From: an uncultured Rikenellaceae bacterium
Lineage (GTDB): Bacteria; Bacteroidota; Bacteroidia; Bacteroidales; Rikenellaceae
DNA length: 64,000 bases
NCBI GenBank assembly: GCA_944321925.1
Contig: CALUND010000018.1
Coordinates: 43,555-107,554 of the forward strand
Direction: 5' to 3'
This document shows, one piece after another, positions 1 through 8,822 of this stretch. A program made the position numbers and the translations under genes. The stretch's first letter is position 1; every line of letters begins with the position of its first letter. Below the pieces are notes generated by a model that made no database searches, was not told where the DNA came from, and saw nothing but the letters and a program-made list of their open reading frames with translations.

Positions 1-1445
1 GACCAGGAGTTCAACGGATGTTCCAACTGCACCTTGAAGTTCAGGTCGTTCTGATCCGTACGACGCTCCTCGATCACATACTTCGAACGGGTCATGCCGG
101 GCAATACGCCATCGGGCAACTCACCTCCCATATAGGTATTCACATTGGCACGGTTCACATCGTAGAGCCGATCCCAATCGATCTGGGTATATTGCTGGAG
201 ATTTTGCGTCCAGGCATAAGTAAGAGCCTCCCACTGGGGCGAACCTTCCGTATAATAGCTCGGTAATTTGCGGTAGTAATCCGGTCGCGGATCGTCGGCA
301 TTGTACCAGTCGAGAGCCGAATAGCCGTTTCGGCCGAATCGGTAAGAAACGGCAGCATTGAGGGTTGTCTTGTTATTCGGCGAAGTGTAGGTATAGTTGA
401 GCATGGCCACCGGTTCATGGTTGTTGCGGACACGGGCACTCCGCATCTTGCCGTCCTGCCAGCCCCAGTTCGAGTTGTAAAAATTATTCCCAAGCAGATC
501 GTAGATCTCCTGTACGGCCGCACTCTGTACGGAACGTTGAACTGGGGTTCCGAAGAAAGTAAAGGCCAAGTTGTGTTGTTCGTTGAACCGTTTCTCCACC
601 GAACCGAAATAGGCCCACGCATTGTACCAGCAACCATCGACCCAGGAGTTGGTCCCCTGACGGGTAGAGAAGGAGAAGGCATAGGACCAACCGTTGTCCT
701 GCAAACCGGATGCGTAAGTAGCCATCACCCGGAAACGATAAGAGGCAGAACCATTCACCAAACTCGTACGCAATCCTTTGCGCATCTGGGAAGCCCGGGC
801 ATTGATGTTGGTCGAACCGTTGATACCACCCACACCGTAATCGGTTACCGCCACGCCCGAAGTATTCTCCTGGTTACGGGTAGCATCGTTGAGACCTCCC
901 CACAACGACCACGGGGAGTAGCCGGTAAGGGCATCGTTCATCCGCACGCCATTGAGATAGACCTCTTCGTTGCGCAAGCCGCGCGGATTGAAACGCATCT
1001 CGCTGAATCGATAACCGGCGATGTTGCTGAAAAGGTCTTTCGAAGCTGAAAGCGTGCTGTTGGTGGACTGGACATCATCGAAGGCATCGAAATCAAAGTC
1101 GGCGAAATCGGTTCCATCCAGATTCTGCATAGTGACCTGAGCAGCCATCGGAACCAGCTGGATATCGCGGAAGGTCTTTGCCACACGGACCGTGATATCC
1201 ACCGGATCGAAGTCAGTCGCTTCGAACGTCAATGTATACTCGCCTTCCGGCAGATTTTCGAAGGAGAAATTGCCGTCCGTTGTGGAATAGGTGGTTCGAT
1301 TGCCCGGATTGAGCGTGACTTTCGCTCCATCGATCGCCAAACGACCGGTCCGCGTCACCACCTTACCCTTGATACCGCCCTCCTGAGCCGAAACCCCGAT
1401 CGCGGCAAGAGCCATGAACAAAACAAGTAAAATTCTGATCTTCAT
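1..1445 (-). CDS. TonB-dependent outer-membrane receptor, N-terminal ~481 aa (gene runs off the left window edge)
   Basis: Absent from the ORF track because it has no in-window stop. My translation from the ATG at 1445 is open down to nt 3: MKIRILLVLFMALAAIGVSAQEGGIKGKVVTRTGRLAIDGAKVTLNPGNRTTYSTTDGNFSFENLPEGEYTLTF... This gives a signal peptide, a carboxypeptidase-regulatory-like beta-sandwich, a plug-like segment (IAGYRFSEMRFNPRGLRNEEVYLNGVRMND) and Gly/Asn/aromatic-rich barrel strands. Confidence 0.85.
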   Translation of the reverse strand, partial: MKIRILLVLFMALAAIGVSAQEGGIKGKVVTRTGRLAIDGAKVTLNPGNRTTYSTTDGNFSFENLPEGEYTLTFEATDFDPVDITVRVAKTFRDIQLVPMAAQVTMQNLDGTDFADFDFDAFDDVQSTNSTLSASKDLFSNIAGYRFSEMRFNPRGLRNEEVYLNGVRMNDALTGYSPWSLWGGLNDATRNQENTSGVAVTDYGVGGINGSTNINARASQMRKGLRTSLVNGSASYRFRVMATYASGLQDNGWSYAFSFSTRQGTNSWVDGCWYNAWAYFGSVEKRFNEQHNLAFTFFGTPVQRSVQSAAVQEIYDLLGNNFYNSNWGWQDGKMRSARVRNNHEPVAMLNYTYTSPNNKTTLNAAVSYRFGRNGYSALDWYNADDPRPDYYRKLPSYYTEGSPQWEALTYAWTQNLQQYTQIDWDRLYDVNRANVNTYMGGELPDGVLPGMTRSKYVIEERRTDQNDLNFKVQLEHPLNSW

Positions 1446-1457
1446 ATCTCTAATCGG

Positions 1458-2507
1458 TTATTTAGCGATGAGAATAAAAACAGGCAGGTGATCGCTGTAA
1501 CCCCCTTGGAAATTGTTGCCCACGAACGTACGCAACGGGTATCCCTTGTATTGGCCCTCCTGTTGGAAAAGGAATTTGCCCCGATAAATATTTCCCAGGA
1601 AACGGGCCCCGTCCGCTTTTTTCAACGTCAGGCCGCCCTTGTTGTCCTTCACCAGGTTGTCGCTTACCACCATGTTGTCGAACAGGTTCCAGGAATCCTG
1701 ATAGGCGAGCGACCCCTCTCCCTTTTTGAACATCTCCAGGAACGGATTGAACAGATCGCCGGGTTGCAGCTCTTTCACCTTGCCTTTCGCACGCAACCCT
1801 TCCGTCATGCTTTCATCGACGGGATCGTCGTTCATGTCTCCCATCAGCACCACTTTCGTATCGGGACGCAAGGTTCTCACGGAGTCGACGGCTCGGCGCA
1901 CGATTTCGGCCGCTGCCACCCGTTTGAATTCAGACACCTGCTGGCCACCCAGACGCGAAGGCCAGTGCATCACCAGAAAGTAGAACGGTTCGTCTTCGAT
2001 CGTTCCCCACATGGTCACGATATCGCGCGTCTTGAAATCGGAGAGTCCCGGAACCTTGACCGGAATTTTGTCACTCCCTTCCAGTTTGAAAACGTCCGGA
2101 CGATACAAAAATGCCACATCCACGCCTCGGTTATCGGGCGAGTCATAGTGCACGATGCGATAGTTTCCCCGCTGCATCTTCTCCATCATCACCAGATCCT
2201 CGAGCACATTGCGGTTTTCGATCTCCGATACGCCGATTACTGCAGGAAAGGCTTTATTGACACTTGCAACGCTCCAGAAAACCCGATCGAGGTTATTCAT
2301 CTTTTTCCAATACTTGACACTGTTCCACTCTTTCGGGCCCTCGGGAGTGAACTCCTCGTCCTGCACATCCGGATCATTGATCGTATCGAACAGGTTCTCC
2401 AGGTTGTAGAACATGACCGGATAGAGTTTACTTTGGGCTTTCGCAACCGCGCCTGACAAGACAAGGAACAGCAACAGGACGCATGCGATAAATCCTTTGT
2501 TCTTCAT
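1458..2507 (-). CDS. Secreted endonuclease/exonuclease/phosphatase (EEP) family protein
   Basis: 349-aa ORF. Signal peptide MKNKGFIACVLLLFLVLSGAVAKAQS. EEP-type blocks YPVMFYNLENLFD, IGVSEIEN, HWPSRLGG, LMGDMNDDP and C-terminal GGYSDHLPV. Lies 12 nt upstream of the TonB receptor start. Confidence 0.85.
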   Translation of the reverse strand: MKNKGFIACVLLLFLVLSGAVAKAQSKLYPVMFYNLENLFDTINDPDVQDEEFTPEGPKEWNSVKYWKKMNNLDRVFWSVASVNKAFPAVIGVSEIENRNVLEDLVMMEKMQRGNYRIVHYDSPDNRGVDVAFLYRPDVFKLEGSDKIPVKVPGLSDFKTRDIVTMWGTIEDEPFYFLVMHWPSRLGGQQVSEFKRVAAAEIVRRAVDSVRTLRPDTKVVLMGDMNDDPVDESMTEGLRAKGKVKELQPGDLFNPFLEMFKKGEGSLAYQDSWNLFDNMVVSDNLVKDNKGGLTLKKADGARFLGNIYRGKFLFQQEGQYKGYPLRTFVGNNFQGGYSDHLPVFILIAK

Positions 2508-2534
2508 AACTTTTCGGTTCTTTGAGTTTAACCG

Positions 2535-3419
2535 TTATTCATCCTTCAATCCCCAATCGAGATAGGGGTTCAACGTCGCCTTAACAGCCGGAGAGATCGA
2601 AGGGAAAAAGGTATATCCCGTCAACTCCTCGATCTGAGCCACAGTATAAGCGATGCTTTTGGTAACCGGATACTCATCGTCGGCATTGGGTGTCGGAGCC
2701 GTATTTTCCAACCAGAATCCAACGCATTTGGCTGTCGCATCGGTCGGAAGAGCACCCGTATTACCGCTTTTGGTTCGGAGCAACACCTTAAAATAGGCTT
2801 TTGGAATCGCTCCGCGAACACCGTCCTTCGTCACATAGCGTACCACGGGGTCATCGACCGTGCGGATTACGCAACCCGTCACCACATAGAGCGTATCGGC
2901 GCAACGCTTTGCACGCACCCAAGCCTCCAGGTTCGCCCACAGGTCCCGGTTCAGTGTCGAGTTTTGCGGCGTCATGTTGGTATAATAAAACGTTTGCGCA
3001 TTGGCAGGATCGTTTGCCGTACGATCGGCCGAAGGAATCTGATGCCCTCTGTCATAGATACCGGTTCCGTAACTGCGATAAAGATCCAGCTGATCGTCCT
3101 CGGGAATCTGCGGATCATACGCCCAAGCCTCCGTACGGCCGGAAGTCCCCAGATAAGAGGCGTGCAGCGGATAGGCTACCCAATAAGAAACCTTCTCCTG
3201 CGGGTCGTAAAGCATGGAGAAATTTCTCACGGTTTTACCGCCGATCGCCGTAAAATGGGTCACGAAATCGAGCGAAGGATCCATCCCCACCGTATCGGGC
3301 AGCTCCTTCCAGGCCTGTTCTTTTCCCGGAATCGGAGGAACAATCTCGCCCCCGTCGTCCTTGCTGCAACCGATCGTCCCGAGCAGCAGAAATACCGCTA
3401 CCAGCGAACTTTCAAACAT
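2535..3419 (-). CDS. DNA/RNA non-specific endonuclease (NucA / Endonuclease_NS family), surface lipoprotein
   Basis: ORF 2535..3452. I prefer the internal start at 3419 (MFESSLVAVFLLLGTIGCSKDD), which gives a lipobox Cys followed by an acidic SKDD export motif. Catalytic beta-beta-alpha-Me motif YDRGHQIPSADR, with downstream N (TNMTPQ). Confidence 0.88.
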   Translation of the reverse strand: MFESSLVAVFLLLGTIGCSKDDGGEIVPPIPGKEQAWKELPDTVGMDPSLDFVTHFTAIGGKTVRNFSMLYDPQEKVSYWVAYPLHASYLGTSGRTEAWAYDPQIPEDDQLDLYRSYGTGIYDRGHQIPSADRTANDPANAQTFYYTNMTPQNSTLNRDLWANLEAWVRAKRCADTLYVVTGCVIRTVDDPVVRYVTKDGVRGAIPKAYFKVLLRTKSGNTGALPTDATAKCVGFWLENTAPTPNADDEYPVTKSIAYTVAQIEELTGYTFFPSISPAVKATLNPYLDWGLKDE

Positions 3420-3554
3420 CCTGCAATTGCGCCGTTTCAACCTTCCACACATCGCTTTTTCTCTACTTTTTTTGCGGCTTTTGACACTTCAGGCAGGAGT
3501 GTCTCCACCCCTGCCTTTCGTGTCATTCATCAAAATCCTGTCTGTCAGGACTGT

Positions 3555-6500
3555 TTATTCGTATTTGAGAGCAATCTGCGTAAATTGGGCATTATTGGAA
3601 TTGGTGACCGCAATGCGAAGTGCCGCACCGGCCTCTACCCCTGCCAAAGTCCACGTAAAGGTTTGTTCTCTCTTCATCGTCTGATTTTCGCCACCGCTTA
3701 CGACATTGCCTTCCGTATCGCTGATAGCGACAGTCACCTTCTCAGACGTTCCGGAGGAGGCCGTTACCTTCACCTCGACAAGCGACTTACCTTCAATCAC
3801 AGGGAGTTGGACATACGACCCCGATTTGCCGATCAAAAGCGCATTGCTCTGGAGCTGATAGAAGGAAGAGGTAGCATTGAAGCTCCATTCATACCCTTCG
3901 ATGGTATAGGTTCCGGTCTGAGTACCTTTTGCGGTGGGGAAACCTTCCGGGACAGAAGTAAGGTTCCAGGTGATGTCAACACTTGCCGGAGCTTCCGTTC
4001 CCGCCTGCTTAACAATTGCCGTAGCGCTTACCGTCGGATAGTCGTTCAGCGTAATCACTACTGTTCCGAGTTCAGCGGCAGCAGCTCCGCCAGCAGCAGA
4101 TGCCGTTACCACGATCTCGCCCGAGCCGGTTCCCGAGGTCGTATTGATCGAAAAGCCGCTACCGGTCGTCCTCGCCGTCCAAGCAGTGCCATCATCGGTC
4201 GTTATGGTAATCTTACCCGTGCTGCTTGCAGCGCTTTCAAGCGACACGACAGAGGTAACGTCGAGGTTGGGAACGACGAAAGGCAGAATATCCTCCAGCG
4301 TAACCGGAACAACCTGCACCGCACCCTTGTATTCGGAGACGATTGCTTTCAACGTGTTGGTGATATCGCCGATCTTCTTGCCGGCATAGCTCCAACCCGA
4401 ACGGCTGTAGACAGTCAGTTCATTCGTTCCGTCGGTAAATACTTTGGAGCCGCTCCATGTCGATCCTACCGTCGCGGCATTCGGTTTCACATTCGCAATC
4501 GAAACATAGACGCTCTGATAGTCGGAGGTCACCTGCGGAATGGTCAACTCGGCAGCAACGAGAGCATTACCCGTACTTACAGTCTCCACCAAATCGGAAC
4601 TCAACACATCCTGAACCTGCAGAACGCCGTTATTTTCTCCGAAAGTGGCATTGTCGAGCGAAAGGATGATCTGATCACCTGCAGCCAAATTAGCCGTTTT
4701 AGCCAAACCGTTCTCATTCATTCCCGTGTAGAAGACAATACCGCTCTTTGCCTGAGCATTGTTGTCGGTCAACACCACCGATCCTTCCGAGAAGTTTTCC
4801 GTGTTGGTCGGAGCCACCGCAGAAACGACACCCTTCACCTGCATGTTATTGCCTACAGGGCCTTGGTTTTCAGCGTCGATACACATCTGCACCAACTCTG
4901 CCACGGTCAGTACGGTGGGAGGTGCAGTGGTCGTAGTCGTAAATTCTGCCGAAGCACCCGTATAAACAAGGTCACCCGCTTTCACATACGCTTTGAACTC
5001 ATAGGTCGTAGCCTCTTTCAGTTGGTCCAACCCTGCCGTAAAGGGCGAATCCGTACCGGTTGCCACCACACTCTGTGTTTCGGTAGCACCCCGCTCGTTA
5101 TAGATGAAGCCCACCTCGGTGATGGTTTGTGCACCCGGCTCATCGTTGGTAAACGAACCGGCAAGTGTTGCGGTCGTATTGCCTATCTCGGAAGCCTCCC
5201 CGGTCGTAACCACCGGTTTCGGAACGATAACAACATTCTGATCGGTCGACAGACGCACGTCGTCGATACGTACCGTGCTGGCCACATGCGCTGTGAAGCG
5301 GAGCGACAGACTCGCTACAGGGCTGTCCAGATTGATTTCCGCAACGGTATACCCCCAGGAGGTGGAGTTTTTGGTATATTCAACAGGAGTCCATGTCACA
5401 TTGTCGGACGAATAGTCAACAGACAGATTGTCGGTCTTCGTATTGCTACCGAAACCGAGTTTCAGCGCCGTCGTACCACCGAGATCGATATCCGCGATGG
5501 TGAACGAAGCGGAAGTCGCCGCACCGAAGAAAACGTTGTTTCCACCGGAAGCACCTTCATAAGCGCCTTCCGAGGTCGATTTACTACGCACGGTAGCGTC
5601 GCTCGTACCCGTTGCAGTCGGCGTGGAATAGGTCACATCCTTTGCACCGAGGCCTTCGCGAAGCCATTCGGAGTAGGCATTCACATTGGTATTGCTTTCC
5701 ACTTCGGTTGCACCCATCGACTCGTAAAGGATCGTATTGGCACCTTCCGGAAGAGTCTCCTGACCAGCGAAACGCTCGCCATCGAGATTGCTTACATCGG
5801 CGGCATTGCGAGGCTGAATCTGAATCGTCGAACCATAAATTCCGGACAGACCCATGATATAACCGCTGCCGGTCTTACGTTCGGTAGAAGCGAAATTGGC
5901 TCCGCTCTTCACATAAGAAGTGATGGTTTCGCCCTCTTCGTTTGCCATCACCACGCTACCGCTCCAGGTTCCTGTAGCAGCGGTTTCGGTCTGCACATTT
6001 TCAATCTTGATGTATTGCGACTGATAAGAGGGAACCTCGCTGATGCTCACCGTAATGGGATCAACAGGAGATGCACCGAGCACCTCAACCGAAGAAGCGC
6101 TCACCTGAAGCAATCCGGCATAAAGTTTAACTTGCTTTCCGGCTTCGCAAACAACCATCACCTGATCTCCGAGAGCGGTTTTATGATCATTCATGTTGAT
6201 AACGACACCGCTATTCGGAGCGACGCTGTCCTGCAGAGCGAAAAGATAAGCCTCGATGTTGCCGGCGCTGTTGTCCGACACAACCGTACCGACAAAGGTA
6301 ACAGCCTCCGGAAGCTCAATGTAAGGATTGCCTCGGTCGTCTTCCGTAGAGGAGTTTTCAACCTGACTCAGATACTGTTCGCGGAAGTCGGCAATCTTCA
6401 TGCTTTCAATTGCGACAGCCCCCTCCTGCGTAACGGTCACCTGACGTACGATCGTGCTGGCTTTGAAGGTAATCTTAGCACTCCGAACAATGTCGGGATT

Positions 6501-6797
6501 CGGATCCACATTCACGACAATCACCTGATCGCCATTCCCCTGAGCCGGAGTCACTTGGAGCCAGGTCTGATCGCACGTAGCGGTCCAGGGACGATTCGAC
6601 CGGATGCCGAAAGCGAGGTCATCTCCGCCTTTATCGGCGGTCAGGATGAGCTCATTATTCACTGCACCCGATTCATCAACAACATTCAACACGGGAATGG
6701 AAGAGTCTCCCGTGTCGTCTTTGCTACAACTCGTAAACGCCACAGCGAAAACCGTCATGGCCACGAGCATCATGCTGCTAAAAAATTTTCTTTTCAT
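3555..6797 (-). CDS. Giant (~1080 aa) multidomain surface lipoprotein: BACON-like, 2x DUF5689-like OB/barrel modules, jelly-roll (choice-of-anchor-J-like) and FN3-like domains
   Basis: ORF 3555..6869. Preferred start is 6797 (MKRKFFSSMMLVAMTVFAVAFTSCSKDD, lipobox plus SKDD). BACON-like segment: AFGIRSNRPWTATCDQTWLQVTPAQGNGDQVIVVNVDPNPD...RSAKITF. Two paralogous ~205-aa modules are described in the findings. The domain names are my recollection of family signatures and were not searched. Confidence 0.8.
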   Translation of the reverse strand: MKRKFFSSMMLVAMTVFAVAFTSCSKDDTGDSSIPVLNVVDESGAVNNELILTADKGGDDLAFGIRSNRPWTATCDQTWLQVTPAQGNGDQVIVVNVDPNPDIVRSAKITFKASTIVRQVTVTQEGAVAIESMKIADFREQYLSQVENSSTEDDRGNPYIELPEAVTFVGTVVSDNSAGNIEAYLFALQDSVAPNSGVVINMNDHKTALGDQVMVVCEAGKQVKLYAGLLQVSASSVEVLGASPVDPITVSISEVPSYQSQYIKIENVQTETAATGTWSGSVVMANEEGETITSYVKSGANFASTERKTGSGYIMGLSGIYGSTIQIQPRNAADVSNLDGERFAGQETLPEGANTILYESMGATEVESNTNVNAYSEWLREGLGAKDVTYSTPTATGTSDATVRSKSTSEGAYEGASGGNNVFFGAATSASFTIADIDLGGTTALKLGFGSNTKTDNLSVDYSSDNVTWTPVEYTKNSTSWGYTVAEINLDSPVASLSLRFTAHVASTVRIDDVRLSTDQNVVIVPKPVVTTGEASEIGNTTATLAGSFTNDEPGAQTITEVGFIYNERGATETQSVVATGTDSPFTAGLDQLKEATTYEFKAYVKAGDLVYTGASAEFTTTTTAPPTVLTVAELVQMCIDAENQGPVGNNMQVKGVVSAVAPTNTENFSEGSVVLTDNNAQAKSGIVFYTGMNENGLAKTANLAAGDQIILSLDNATFGENNGVLQVQDVLSSDLVETVSTGNALVAAELTIPQVTSDYQSVYVSIANVKPNAATVGSTWSGSKVFTDGTNELTVYSRSGWSYAGKKIGDITNTLKAIVSEYKGAVQVVPVTLEDILPFVVPNLDVTSVVSLESAASSTGKITITTDDGTAWTARTTGSGFSINTTSGTGSGEIVVTASAAGGAAAAELGTVVITLNDYPTVSATAIVKQAGTEAPASVDITWNLTSVPEGFPTAKGTQTGTYTIEGYEWSFNATSSFYQLQSNALLIGKSGSYVQLPVIEGKSLVEVKVTASSGTSEKVTVAISDTEGNVVSGGENQTMKREQTFTWTLAGVEAGAALRIAVTNSNNAQFTQIALKYE

Positions 6798-7580
6798 AAA
6801 AGGAAATACGTTAAAATGGTTTTTATCTCTTTTATTTATTCTGCCGCCCCTTATCGAGCCCGCAAACAACTTGCCACATCTTTTCTCTGCGATTTATCAA
6901 AAAATATTGACAGCTTTCAAACAATTTGTTAACAAACTCTTGTTAATAATTTTCATGCTCGCCACGAACCCAGTCTACCAAATTCGCATGTCGGACTTTC
7001 AAAGCGCCACAAATCCACAACATCAACCCTTGGTGTCCGAAAACGCGCCTAAAAATTCCTATCGAACTACAATACAATCTCTTACTATTTCAACCTTTAT
7101 CACAAACCCCATTTCAAGCAGCCTATATCGGCTCTTCAAATAGCAGTTTAATAATAGCCCTAATATACAACATTCTACATTCTTGGCAAAATTTTTTACG
7201 TACAAATATCATCCAAAATCTCCACAAGCTCAGTGAAACAGAGAAAAAACCGCAGCCAAAGTCCTGATATTTAAAATAATAAAAAAGACATAAATAAAAT
7301 GTTAAATATTTACAAAAAACAAAAAAACAACTCACAAAATGAAAGAAAATACGGGTAAATATTTTCAATTATTAACTATGAAAAAGAAAAGCAACCACAA
7401 AATTACCCATCAACGAATGCCCGCATCCGTATCTGAACTTTTGAAAACCATTATCCCTGCCCAATGTAGAGCGAGCAACCATCGTCTCATCCAAGTATTC
7501 TTCCGCGTTCTTTCATTCTGCACCTCCCGGTTGGCCCGGTTATTGCCCAAAATATCGGAAAACAATCAAATGCAACGGCT

Positions 7581-8540
7581 ATGAAAAACATGATGATCGG
7601 GATAGTTTCCCTCGCCCTTATTGTTGTGTCCTGTTCGGACGATGACTATTCAGGCTCAACTCCAACGCCCACCGGACTGATTACACCCAAAGTACAAGTA
7701 CGGGTAACAGACCCCCTCAATCAAAGTCCTTTTTCCGGCATTCTGGAGATTTATCCCTGCAACGAAGGTACCTCTACCTATTTTGGCAACTACGTCAACG
7801 GCAAACTGACCGGATTCAATGGATATTACACAATAGTAAACGGAGAAGTATACGGCAGCTACAACCGAGAACTCCACCTGCCTATCGGGACATACAATAT
7901 GGTGTATTGGGGCACACCGAAATACGAAGAACCCATTTACAATGCTCCGGCTATCGTTCAACCGGGCATAAGCTCCGGAGCCAATCTCTCCCAGCTATAT
8001 TTCAGCCTCCGACAAAACAACGATACGACCTATATGCCCGTCTACGATATGGTTCATGCGGTCAAATCCACCCTTATCGGCACCGAAGATCTGCAAGCCG
8101 CCCTTACACGCGTTACGGCCGGATTAAAAATCATCGTCAAACAGCAAGACGGAAGTCCATTTCCAACCAGTGTAACGGCCATGCAGGCATTCATAGGCAA
8201 TATTTCTGCCCAGATGAACATATTTTCGGCCGAAGCCATCAATCCGACCCGAACCGTCAGCTTCGATCTGACACGCTCGAGCGACGGCACATCGATGAGC
8301 AACGCAACCGTCATGCTCTTTCCTTCAGCCCCGAACCCTCTTCTCACCATTGTCATCACATTGGCTGACGGATCGACTCACAAGCTCTCCAAAGCACTCG
8401 GAACAACTCTTGCCGCCAATACGAAACTTACGTTGAACATCACCATCGGAGATCTATTACCCGGTGGCGATCCGGGAGATTTCACCATCGAAGGTTGGAA
8501 CGAAGAGAGTGAAACAATCGACTTCCCGACCGTTAACTAA
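7581..8540 (+). CDS. Lipoprotein of unknown function, possibly FimB/Mfa2-like fimbrial-anchor family
   Basis: 319-aa ORF. Lipoprotein signal MKNMMIGIVSLALIVVSCSDDD (Cys plus acidic run). All-beta-looking sequence with the pattern ...DMVHAVKSTLIGTEDLQAALTRVTAGLKIIV... and C-terminal FTIEGWNEESETIDF, reminiscent of Mfa2-type proteins. Visibly lower GC than its neighbours. The coding call is solid; the family call is weak. Confidence 0.75.
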   Translation: MKNMMIGIVSLALIVVSCSDDDYSGSTPTPTGLITPKVQVRVTDPLNQSPFSGILEIYPCNEGTSTYFGNYVNGKLTGFNGYYTIVNGEVYGSYNRELHLPIGTYNMVYWGTPKYEEPIYNAPAIVQPGISSGANLSQLYFSLRQNNDTTYMPVYDMVHAVKSTLIGTEDLQAALTRVTAGLKIIVKQQDGSPFPTSVTAMQAFIGNISAQMNIFSAEAINPTRTVSFDLTRSSDGTSMSNATVMLFPSAPNPLLTIVITLADGSTHKLSKALGTTLAANTKLTLNITIGDLLPGGDPGDFTIEGWNEESETIDFPTVN

Positions 8541-8603
8541 ATTCCGAACAGCCTCCATCCGTTTTAAACGGACCTCTGTCCAATTTGCCATACCCGCACA
8601 ACA

Positions 8604-8647
8604 AAGAGGGGAGGCCGTCTGTAAAATTACAGACGGCCTCCCCTCTT
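8604..8647. terminator. Bidirectional intrinsic terminator hairpin between convergent genes
   Basis: Perfect 19-bp inverted repeat, AAGAGGGGAGGCCGTCTGT (8604-8622) and ACAGACGGCCTCCCCTCTT (8629-8647), with loop AAAATT. A/T runs flank both sides. It sits between the 7581..8540 (+) gene and trxA (-). Confidence 0.8.
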
Positions 8648-8822
8648 CTTAAAGATCGGTTTGTCGGCCTACGTCAACCGATACACAGGGTGCCCTATCC
8701 GTTTCGAGACGGATCATGCGATAGCGACACCACATGGCCCGAATCGTCCGGGACTTCCGACAGCCCGACCGGAAAGCGATCTCACACGCAATGCTCAACC
8801 ACCACCCGTTCTTTCAGCGACC

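Noticed and set aside
2964-6932. 1322-aa plus-strand ORF spanning the antisense of the endonuclease gene, the intergenic gap and the whole giant-lipoprotein gene.
   Set aside because: It is exactly codon-aligned antisense to the minus-strand genes (all codon boundaries are congruent mod 3). In that register antisense stops arise only from sense TTA, CTA or TCA codons, which a GC-rich genome avoids. The translation is Arg/Gly/His-rich low-complexity sequence with no recognisable domain. The minus-strand products have clear signal peptides and domains.
6798-7580. Possible invertible (phase-variable) promoter between the giant lipoprotein and the Mfa2-like gene, as seen at Bacteroidales surface loci.
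   Set aside because: Reading both strands, I found no flanking inverted-repeat pair of 12 bp or more bracketing a promoter-sized segment. I saw only the local TTTGTTAACAAA palindrome and short AAATATTT palindromes. No site-specific recombinase gene is nearby.
7123-7584. Two 81-aa ORFs (7123..7368 minus, 7339..7584 plus) in the AT-rich intergenic region.
   Set aside because: They lie in low-complexity AT-rich DNA. The products are Phe/Lys/Ile-rich with no signal, motif or promoter context, and the plus-strand one runs into the real lipoprotein start. They are most likely chance ORFs.
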